This document shows positions 47,501-58,232 of a stretch of DNA of 64,000 nt, piece by piece. Origin of the DNA: Raillietiella orientalis (Eukaryota); assembly GCA_036172245.1 (NCBI GenBank), contig JAYWIR010000013.1, positions 558,001 through 622,000 of the forward strand. The letters are read 5' to 3'. The translations under genes were made by a program, and so were the position numbers. Each line of letters begins with the position of its first letter. Position 1 is the stretch's first letter. The notes under the pieces were generated by a model that was given only the letters and a program-made list of their open reading frames with translations, had not been told where the DNA came from and searched no databases.

Positions 47501-49943
47501 GTGATCCAACTCACAATGCTCCTCGTGCGACTAGGGCCTCGACATTCTCTGCATCAAACTTCAGAGCCTGGTTCAGGCATTGAAATGCCTCAGTTACATT
47601 GCCCTTCTTGAAAAACGCAATGCCATCAGCAACACTACGAAATGCCCATTTTTCATTTTGTTTTTTACGAAGCTGCTCTGCGAACTCGTTCTCATCAAAC
47701 TCAACACTACGGGAATCCTTTTAACCCAAAGTAAAGTGGACAAACGTTCTTACTTTAAGCATGAAAGTAAAGATGGTGCTTGCTGGTCAGCTTGATCTAG
47801 CTCATATTTCTGAATTAAATATGCGCAGCTACCAGGATTTTTGAAGCCAAATGCAGACTCCAGCATTGAATTGTACGTTTCACCCTTGGTTTCTCTACTT
47901 TTTCTGCAATAAGATTGAAGTTGTTGCATTGTGTCTCTATTGTATTCAAACTTTGCATTGATTGAATTAACAATAGAAACAGCTGTGTACGACATGAGTT
48001 CCGTAGCACCGAAAAATATTTGAAGTTTTGAAGCTTACTACTACCATAATGAAACACATCCAAATTTGCAAAAACTGCAAATTCGGGAGTCAGCTGATAA
48101 CATTAATAACCTTGAAAACACTTTTGGCGATAAATTAGCTTCAAGCTAAGTTTCAAATTGGTACTCATGGAAAACATTTTTGATAACTGATCTGCCTTCA
48201 ATTAAATCCACTAAACTTACTTGTAAGCCAAAGGCAGATCACTTGGAACAATCAATGCTAATTTCAACTGATGCTGAACTTCCACTGAAGAATGTTGTGG
48301 GATCATTGATAAAGTAATTTTCTCAAGCTCTGCTTCGACATGTGCAACCTCACAACGGACCAAGTCATTCTGCTGATATGCACATCTATTTTGACCATCA
48401 GTTGGCAGAAGCAACAGATCACCAGGAACAACACCCTTCAATTCACAAGCATGTTAACTTTTTACAACTGAAAATTCAGAAAACATACCTTGATTGCTAA
48501 ATCCCATATCTCCATATTTTTGCCACCATCAAATGCAAGAATTTTCACAATCAGTTTATTCATGCTGTAGCTATGAACTGAACCCACAATAACATCGCCT
48601 GTCTCTACAATCTGCAAAAGCAATTTATTAGAGAATATTATGAAAAATACCTTGTCTTTTAATTCTAATACCTGAATATTAAATGTTGGGTAGACAGATA
48701 CAATATAATACCCTTGCATAACTCATATCTCTTAATCTCCAATAATAAAACATGCGTGCTGATATTTAAAAATAAAAAATACTACATTGTTGGATCGATT
48801 TTATGTTCATAGTGAATTTAAATGTTGGTTTACCTCAAATTTCGGTTCATACATGTCACCTTTTGACAAAAACAAAATTGTAAACAGCAACATCTTCAAA
48901 ATCAAACAAGAGTTTCTATTAAAAATGTAAAGAATGAACTAACGCTCATGAAAATGAAATACTTTGTACAAACTATAAACGGATAAAACTTCTGAATTAA
49001 AAAATGTACTCTAGATATAGTTAACTACGTGTGCTTCCCTACTTCACTCCACTGTCTTGGGATTTTATTTGCTTTGTCTCAATTATTTTATTCCACTTTT
49101 GAAAATAACGTACGAAGTACAAGGAAAGCGATGGGTATAAGTGGTATAAATTGTGCTCCCATGGTGAAACTAATAAATATTTCATGTGATCAGGAACAAC
49201 AACTGCACTGCTTGTGAGAAATGGTACAAAAAAAAAATGAAAATGAAAAACAAACAAAAAAACATAAAAATTGCTCCCCTTCACTCATTATAATAAGTGA
49301 CTGTTTCTCATATTCATGGAACTGTCAAGCCAAATGAAATAAAACAAAATGAGAAAAAAAAATGTACGCAAATTATTTTGATTGGATAAATTTCTGAATT
49401 AAGAATGCAGCAAACTGCATAACACAGATCCATGCAGCAATACAATCATGCATAACAATAGGATAAATCACTGTCTACCTTATAAAAATGTGTCTTTCTG
49501 TCGGATGCTGGAACACCCATAAACAGTTCTAAAGGAGGCAATACACCATAGTAATCTGAAATCAAAAAACAAAAGCAAACTAAATTTCAGCAATGGTTTC
49601 AGCAATGGTTTAACTGGCCTTCCTCATTTTTATCAAACCCTGGCTTTGCGGGATGGGATACCACATTATTAAAAAGCGATTTAGCTTTGTTTGCAATTAG
49701 TTCAAGCAACCTGGCTCTCCTCTGTCTATCTGGAAAACTGCAGGGGCAAAATGTAACAATTACACTGATTAGAAACTGTCCCAACCTTAAATCTTTCACT
49801 TTCTGATGGGCTAAGTGATAATCAACATTTTTTAATTTTAAATTCTTAAATTCATCACCCAAGTGATCTTCAAGCATTCGACTCAACTGCTGACCATGAT
49901 AATTTAATGAATGTGCCAATGAATCAGCATTTAGTTCATCCAT
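44561..49943 (-). CDS. TTC14: Tetratricopeptide repeat protein 14 homolog (S1-like domain, TPRs, K/S-rich and RS-rich C-terminal tail), ~1121 aa, 20 exons
   Basis: Peptides match recalled TTC14 landmarks: [131 protein letters not shown]. Exons in - strand order: 49786-49943, 49619-49737, 49479-49555, 48489-48611, 48221-48435, 47754-47903, 47515-47706, 47351-47473, 47189-47309, 47027-47142, 46847-46978, 46598-46788, 46400-46538, 46254-46354, 46071-46209, 45948-46025, 45730-45903, 45636-45683, 45486-45587, 44561-45428. Total 3366 nt, all junction phases compatible. Exon 1/2 and 12/13 boundaries are the least certain. Confidence 0.9.
49027..49208 (-). ncRNA. Candidate intronic H/ACA-like RNA in TTC14 intron 3
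   Basis: On the - strand: hairpin 1 (UUGUUGUUCC..UGAAA / UUUCA..GGGAGCACAA), ANANNA box AUACCA (49147-49142), hairpin 2 closed by GCUUUCC-UUG-UACUUC / GAAGUA-GGGAAGC, then ACA plus 3 nt (49032-49027). Pocket geometry is not canonical. Confidence 0.3.
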
Positions 49944-51494
49944 TTTTTTTGTTTAGAATGGATCAACAAATAAACTATTAACTGCAAGAAACAATTAATT
50001 AGAAACCCTCAGACAATACTGCAATTCAAACATATTAATTTCATGCAACATCTCTAGTTGATATATGGCGAAATATTAATATTGATCACATTCTGAGCTT
50101 GGTGATAGCAATTAAAGCATTACCAAGCAATCAAAGTCCATGTGGCGTTTTATATCTACCATCAATTTCTGAATGAAATTTCATCTTGAGTTTTTGAAAT
50201 ATATTCACATATATCTTATTGAATGAGACAAGCATAGTTTTCAATCTTCTTTTCATGTGCATGCAAAGTAAATAATCAATATTCTTAAAATTTCTTGTCC
50301 TTCTTACAATAAATATGAATAATCTCAAAAATAAGGGTAAATGGAAAGATTCATTAAAAATAGCCAACACTTAATGTTGCCAATGATGAAAATTTGGGAT
50401 TCTTACTGAAACTATACATTTTATATTGTCACTTTTTCCCCTACAAAGATATAAAATTTCTTCATGGAAATAAGATTTATGCTGAAAACCCCATAAATAA
50501 TGCTACTTATTTTGCACCTGTGTACTTTCAGATTCATGCAATGCCTTATTCCTTAATTTCTGCAACTTATTTTATTGATCTAAATGTTTATGAAATCTTT
50601 TCCTTTCCTCATCTTGTTAAAGTAAGGCAAACAGCTTCTGAGATCAGGCTTGATCAATTCAACATTACTGAGCTTATTGCACCCAAAGAATCAAATCCAT
50701 AACTTCAAGCCTACTGCCATAATGTGTAACACTGGATCCTTATGTTATTAAGATTAATAAATAAGGAATTTGGATTTATTTAAAGCCATTAGAAACTGTT
50801 AAACTGTAGACTGTTAAAACTGTAGAATATCATCAAAATTTAGTCACAATATCCAAAACTAAAAAAATCCAATTCTATTGAAACAAACCAAAAGCATTAT
50901 GTTCAATCAATATTCTTATTCATGCAGACCTGCAATAAAAAGTTGATATTTCTATTTAATTCATTTACATTTCTGATAATAGTTGCTTCTAGAAAATGAA
51001 AGTCTCAAATATTTCTTATTTTCCAGAATTTTCCATAAACATGCTTTGCAAATAATAAGAATTCCATCATATTTTGTTTACAGTTATTGTTAATGCAATT
51101 TAATTGCTTCCTGAAATGCTGACTATTAGAACAAATACAAACATATCTGCAGCTAATTAAATCTTTATTACAAATCAGTAAAACCTCATTTCTTTTCATT
51201 ATAATTATCACACAATAAAAAAATGCTTAAATTTATTGATCATGGCGGCCAAACTAATACATTTATGAGTGTTTTGAATACCTAATAACAAAATTGAATT
51301 GAAAATTAAACACTGAATAAAAAAATGAAAACAATTTTGATGATCATATTTTATCATAATGGTTGCCAATATGCACTACACAATTTCATTTTACGCTTTA
51401 CCTGAACACAATTTACACTCAATCATGTCAAAGCTTACTGGATACAAAATACAATAAAAAAAAAAAAAAACAGTTTCTACATTTTAAGCACAAC

Positions 51495-51500
51495 TTTATT
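51495..51500 (-). promoter_or_regulatory. Candidate polyadenylation signal of the unidentified right-hand - strand gene
   Basis: AATAAA on - followed about 25 nt later by a U-rich tract (A-run 51456-51470 on +); other AATAAA hexamers exist in this AT-rich region, so the site is not unique. Confidence 0.2.
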
Positions 51501-54500
51501 AGCAAAAACTGGTTTTTTGTACTGGACATTCAACACAAGATGCTTCAAGATGGAGTATGAACAACCTCTTTTGACAGAAATATACCATGGAAGTTATAAA
51601 GCATCCAGGTTATATTGTTACAATTTCATATACACTGCAATTAAAAGTATGCAACCAAAAATTTTTTTCATGACTTGCGAAAATCTTCCATATGTGATAC
51701 CCACATGGCTTAACGCAATAAAAATTCAATATTGCACACATATTTGTCAACAAAATTGTCGACCAAAATTTATGATGAAATCATGAGCTATAAAGAAAAA
51801 CCATATGCAAACTGTTGTAATAAATAAATTCGTAGTTGTAACATGTATTAGATATACTTACAGAACTCAACTCTCACGTACAAATTTAAAATACTGCTTC
51901 AGAATATTTAGTATATATTAATATGTTTATTTTATGGAGATCTTGACGTAAATTAATCAAATTTCTTAAGCATATCAAATTTAAATGCCTAGTATTTCAT
52001 TTCTGATAAGTTGAAAATTAGCTGAACAGGGCTTTCACGTAATATTAAATTCCACATTTCTACTCCATTACATTGGGATATACACTGACCATGACAACGA
52101 ATTCATGAAAACGTCCAAATTTCTGTAAAGCAATTTTTTCCCTCCCCCTCAAAGAGATACATAGGCGTAAATACTTTCTGAATTCACACAAATTTCACTT
52201 AACTGTCGAAAACACTCAATTACATATTGTTGTGCAAAACGGAATAATACAGTGGAAGTACAAAATCTGCAATTTACCTGCTAATGTATACAAATATCTC
52301 CTGCCGCTATTTGTATGATGTGCATAATGATTCAATCTTCAGCACGCTTGCTTGATCCATGCAAAAAAAATATTGAATTGCGATATTCTAATAATGCTGT
52401 TTTTTCCGAACACATATTAGGTGATCATTTCATTCCGATGGCAGTTCCATTTCAAAAACTTGGTGCAAAAATATGTCTGGGTCGTGTTAATAATTTTGCA
52501 AGTTTTTATCATGCTAGTTTTCCTTTTTTTTTTTTTCTTAAGTGCTTTCCTTCTTTTTTTTTTTTATTTATTATCAAGTGGATGTTATAATCGGTATCAA
52601 AAATAAGCGTTGCCGATGTTATTTAGAGACTAAAACTCTTCTCGTTTCAAAAAATATCTGAGTTCACAGCTATCCCTTTTGCTTTTAGTTCATTATGATA
52701 CTGTAGAAGAAAATCATCAATGTCATTATGGAATTTCGTAAAATTGATCCCTCCAAATGATTTTTTTAAATGCGAAGTAAATCAAAATTAACTGGAAATC
52801 TATCTTGGAAATTGCAGAAGGAAGCAAAGGAAATCAAAAAAAAAAAAAAAGAACATGAGAAGTAAATGTGATCCTTTTTTTTTTTTGGTACTATTGTTTA
52901 TTTCTTAGCTCACAAATAAGTAGATCGAAAGGGCAATTTTTAATTGACGTGATAGTGTTATTGATTCACATATGAATGAATGTACTCATGGGTAAGATTT
53001 CTGGTGTCTCAACAACGTCAACAGGGAAAAGTTCTTTCTTAAATTAACCCACAGTGCTTGGGCATATTTTTCTAGAAAAATCCATTCAATGTTATCTTTC
53101 AGCGTTAGATCTTAATTTTTTTCTGAAAAAAAAAAGAAAGAAAGAACATTCATTTTATAGAAACGAAAAATAATAATTTTGCCAATCTCCTAATCTGCGC
53201 ATACAAAACAGCATATAAGTCAAGTATTTGGCAAACCGATATTTGGAACGATAATCACTGACTGATGATTTCAAACCATGTAACCAGTTGAAGGTGTCAC
53301 ATCATCGAAGAAATGTAGAAAAGTTGTTTGTTTGGTTCTGGAACACACGACTTCTAAAATCATACGTTCAATTTTTTTTGTTGAAAGCCTCTCTTGTGCA
53401 AGTCTCTTAGAACTAGGTAAAATGTCGCACTTATTACTGCCAGTCAACTAAGAAATGACACTGCAAGAGAGGCTTCACAGAAACATAACTTCCCGTCTTT
53501 CTGTGAAGGGCAAACTAAACATGTCAGACAACCACACCTTCGTTAATGACGAGAAAGGTTTCATGTATTTACTTTGCATTTGCCTTCGCACCTACAAAAT
53601 CCTTTTCTATCGCGACTCATTTTGGGGGGGCTTCATGCTTAAAGTCTGTTTCAATTGTTTCCTAAAAAAACTAAAAGACACCCTTCACCATGCTAACGCC
53701 TTCCATCTAATCATAGGTAAATTGGCGTGGCGACTTGCTTGCCCTCAAACGAGGTTCACAAATCGGTTTGTGGAACGGCAGGTCGTTCCACCATATCAGC
53801 CAGAGGAAATTTGCAACCAATGGAACGTTTCTGTTCTGCAAAGCTCATCACACGTGAGCCTGATGAGCTTATTCTCTACACCAAACCGTTGAGATGAGGC
53901 CAGGCTTTTCGTAACGCGGAGTGGTGAGCTTATCTTTTATCATATTTCAAAGAAATCTAACGAGACCCATAGAGATTGTCACATTTCAAAGGCAGTGCTT
54001 CCTTTGCTCACCAGTGAAAAGTTTATCTGACATGGATGGAAGGTGCTTTTTTTTTTTTTTTTTTTGTCCGTCTGTATTATTCTCCTCCGAGTCCTGCAAA
54101 GACTTTAGCCCATGAAATTCCTCACAATATGCTGCACATTGTGAGTAGCAAACTAAAGACTGCTGTTCTTTTGCTCCAATGTTTCGTTCTTTGGTGCATC
54201 TGGCAGAAAAAAAGACAAAAGAAAAAAAATTGTGCCTCAAAGTTTCGTTCCAAATTTAGCCTAGTTCTGTTTCCACTCCAGAATCAGGAGGAACGTGTGA
54301 GGAAGCCCTGCGTTCCGTGAGGTATTAGGAGTTGCAGGTAGTGCGCTCGAACGTCGCTGCGTAAAACACTTGCCTCTTCGGCTCCCCGGGTGGCAAGTTG
54401 CATCCATTTGCTGGAACTGCACGAAAACCGTGGCTTTTCCGGCAGCAACGACAGTATCTCTCCTTCAGTTTCCTTAGCAGCTCGTTGATTGTGGCAACAC

Positions 54501-54600
54501 TGCGACTGTGTGACCTTCACCCCCTTACAAACTTTTGCCTCGTCTCTTCAAGAAACGCTCCCTCGCTTGGCACCCGTGATGTGACGAGCCCTGACGTATC

Positions 54601-54726
54601 CTACAATGCTGACTCATCTTCGGCATCGTCCACGTCGGAGCCGTCCGCGTCTCGCTGCTCTAGGAGAGCCTGCCCCCTTTCTGAAGATGCCGTACAGAAG
54701 TCATCGTCGTTTGATGCGTTCGAAAG
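54601..54726 (-). CDS. Putative terminal coding exon of an unidentified - strand gene entering from the right (LSNASNDDDFCTASSERGQALLEQRDADGSDVDDAEDESAL*)
   Basis: Strong acceptor TATTTTTCTTCCCAG at 54727; 42 phase-0 codons including TAG; protein-like acidic composition unlike the flanking shadow ORFs; followed by progressively AT-rich UTR-like sequence. No family recognised. Confidence 0.4.
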   Translation of the reverse strand, partial: LSNASNDDDFCTASSERGQALLEQRDADGSDVDDAEDESAL

Positions 54727-57700
54727 CTGGGAAGAAAAATAGAGTCCCGTGAAGCTGTGCTGATCCCAAAGTGCTCTCATCCAGGGTGGATTGCGGGCAA
54801 TTTGCCAGCAGTCCAGAGCACGAAAACAAACTTTTGAGCTGTCGAGCGCAGAGCATGGTTTTGAGCTGTCTAGACGAAGGGGGTTGGTTCCCGGCCGAAC
54901 GCCAGCAGACCACCGGCAAGCAGATAAACTGGGGTTGGAAGGGAAAGGGGGAGGGGTAAGGGGTGGAGATGGGGAGCGCACTCTTCCCTCGATCCGGGCA
55001 ACGCACGCGCATCGCACTTGTTCGAGGGCATCCTCGCATACTCCCACGCTACGTCCCGGCTCGACTTCCTGTGCGAGCACGCACGCGCGCACGCGTCCAG
55101 GCGCGGTTCTCCGGCCCTCACACGACTGCAGCGCTTCCCGGCACAGGTGCCGCCGTAGCAGGCTCAGCACCCCGCGATCCTCGCTCTTCGGGAACCCCAA
55201 ATTCCCGCCTTGACGGATCCGAGTTTTACGGGACCGGAGCCCGGAAAGGTGGCGCTGGCAACGAGCAAGAGGCAGCTGGAAGCAGGCCGTGTTCTCGCTG
55301 GGTTCTCCGGGTTCCGTGACTTCGCCGCAGCACCCCGCCTTCGACCGCACTCCCTCGCAAGGTTTGGGTGCTGATAGACCCTACTGCCGCGGGGTCTGAC
55401 TTGTCTGGAAATTGCGACCACCGGTGCGAAGCATTTCCTTCGCAGCAGCAAGTGAAGCTCTCTCGTCTCCCCTTCCCTCTTCTCTTTCTACCTGACTGAC
55501 GGGGCTGGATGCCTGGACTCTGCGCCCTTTCTCGCCTCTGGTTCAGCTCTTAGCAGCTTCCTACTTTCTCAAAAGGGGAAACGAGAGCCTGGGATCCCGT
55601 TCTTCCCTCAAGAGGGATGGAATCGCGGAGGAGGAGGGGCTCACGCCTCGCGCCTGCGGAACATCCCCTTTGTTTTTCTCGCTTCCGGTTCTCAGGAGCA
55701 AGGGGGACTTTGCCCCGTGGCCGGAGGACCCCATCTGCGAACCCTGCGCTCGCGGGGTCACCCGTGTAGAAGGCCAGGGCGGGGAGCGCTCTCTGTTTTT
55801 GGGACACACCTTGCTGCCGTACTCATCCAAAGGGCTGGTCAATCCGAAACTGGGGGTGGGGTGAGGTGGGTGAGCGGCCACGCGAGAGTCTCCCTTTCCC
55901 TCCTCCTCTTCGTCCCGCCAGATAGACGAAGAATGAAAACTAGTGCAGGGGATCCGTCAGGAAAGGACAGCGGTGAGGTGGCGAGCAGGGGCGAGAGGAG
56001 AAAGGGGAGCTAGGATGAGAGAGGGACCGGGCGGTTGCGGACAGGCGAGAGACGATGACGGTGCGGATTTCGAGATGGAGGATACTGCGGCCACCTTGCC
56101 TGCCCCCTCTCCGGCAGGGCAGGGACAGCTGCCCGGAGATGAGGAAGGGGCTGACCTCGCACCTGAAGACGAGGGACCAGGAGGAGAAAGGGGTGTGTGC
56201 AGGGGAATGAACGAGGAACCTTTGGGAATCGGATCAAGGGCGGCTCTAGGGAGAAGCCGGAGGAGGAACGAAGGGACTGCTGCTGAAGTCTCGCAGAGCC
56301 GGAGCCCCCCCCCCCCCCGGAGGCGCAGCGATGCCGCCCACGGTTCCCACGAGGAGGAAACTCCCGGAAAATTCTCGAGAAAGAGGCAAAGGGGTGAGGC
56401 GCGAATCTCCGCTCCGGTGGCGGCAGGGACGAGCACTTTTCGAGGGGTTCCGGGTTCTGTCGAAGACTGGCAGGTGCCTGAGGGAAGAGGGAGGAAGGAT
56501 CCGGGGCTGCTGGAGGGCTGGGGAAAGGCTCGCAAGGCCTTACGCTCCCTCCCTTCCATTCGACGTTTCTGCCTCAGGCGGTGGCTGCCGGGTGACCCTC
56601 CCTACGCACCGCGGTTTTCTGCCTTCCGCCCCCAGCGGGAAACGGAAACCCCACGTTGCCTCATGGTGTCACAAGCTGCAGGATGACGCTGACGGGTGAA
56701 TGCGGATCTGGATGGAGATTTCTCACCCAGTGACGCCGGAGTGGGATGAGATCGGTTAGCGCACGGGTGGGATTGTCTCAGAGATGGGGATGGACCGGGA
56801 GGGGGCTGACAGTATGAGGGACGCCGGGAGATCGACCTGGGAGTGACTCTCGCGAAAGGGTACGGGGTGACGAACCTCCCCAGCACTCCTGCAACGACGC
56901 CTCCTTGCAGAGGTCTTCAAGGTGTCTGGGGGCACCTGAGTCTCCGCAAGCCGCGCCTATATCCCCCCTCGCGGACGATTCGTGGACGGGATTTGAGGAT
57001 TTAGGGGCCGGACCCAACTGGAACGCTGCCTCGAAATCGCATCACTCCTGGGATCTCTCTCTCCTCGCTCATCGGTTTACCAGAGCGGCGGACACGTGGT
57101 GAGGAGCGAAAGAATCCTTCGAGAAGAGTTGCCCATGACGTCCGGGAGTCGGTCATGTGGAGTCGGCCACGGATGGACCTCTGCCAGGGAAAAACCGTTC
57201 CGCAGGAAATCTCTGCGGGAACTCCAGAATGGCCCGCTGACCCGGGGACTCCCGGTCAGCGTCTCGGGAGCAGAAGATTCTTTTTTGCCCCTTCTTTCGG
57301 AGGACTCGACGACGACTTTCGTTCTCTTCCCTCCCCTTTCACTTCCTCCTTTCCTACCTGCCCATCTTCTGGGTTAGTCCGGAGAATCCGTCCACACCTC
57401 TGGACTGCGCCGAGAGTCCGAAGGCCGCCTCATGCGACCTGCCGCCGTCTTTCTCGAGGGCATTTGCGGCGGCGAAGGAGGCGTGTGTAAGCTCCTCCTC
57501 TTCGGCTTTCTCCCCCTCTCCCCTCCTCAATGGAAGCAGATGTCTCCAGGGTCGAAGGCTGTCCCAGCGTGCTGCCCTCTCTCCTGGACTCGCCGTCTGG
57601 AAGCAGCGCTGCTGACATTCTACAGAAGAGAAAGGCGCCTGTTGGTTTGGAGTCCTCAGGAGACGATTCGGCTGCCTTTCTTCCTCTGCACCTTTCCTGT

Positions 57701-58208
57701 GCCTTCCCCTCGCTTCTGGAGTCGGCGGTTCCACGAGAGCCGAGAGCGTCTGCCGGTGTCACTCCCTCACGAGGAAGCAGCGGCTCGAGAAAGGGAGAAC
57801 GAGGAACTTTGGGGATGAGGCTGGGAGATCTCCCGGAGTCGCCTCATCTGAGGCTCTCAGGATGCTGGTCATGCTGGGCTGTGCACTGGGACTCGCCACC
57901 ACCCGCGTTCCTAAGTGCGGCTGAGAGAGGAGCGCTGGTGGCAGCATCAACGCCGGCCATCCATCCCGCCTGCGGGTCTGGGAACTCTGCAGCAGATCCC
58001 GCCCAGAACAGTAAGGGGGGGGGAAGGCGGAGACACAAGGATCTTTCTTCTCTCCTTTCTCGTTCCCCTTTCTTCCGTCAACATGCTGCTGACCCCCTGC
58101 ATTCCGGAGAGTCACCCAGGTTGGCCCGCAGCTGAGGAGTCTTCCCCTCACGGAAGTTCTCCCCCAGGGGGGGAACAGTGGCTCCTCCAGCGAAAGTCTG
58201 GAGGAAAA

Positions 58209-58232
58209 GGAGGAGGAGGAGGAGGAGGAGGA
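58209..58232. repeat. (GGA)n microsatellite
   Basis: About 8 perfect GGA units. Confidence 0.9.

Noticed and set aside
54814..54870. TTTTGAGCTGTC repeated twice, superficially like a type II CRISPR repeat start
   Set aside because: Only two 12-nt copies 27 nt apart, no spacer array, no cas genes, eukaryotic context; a simple local duplication.
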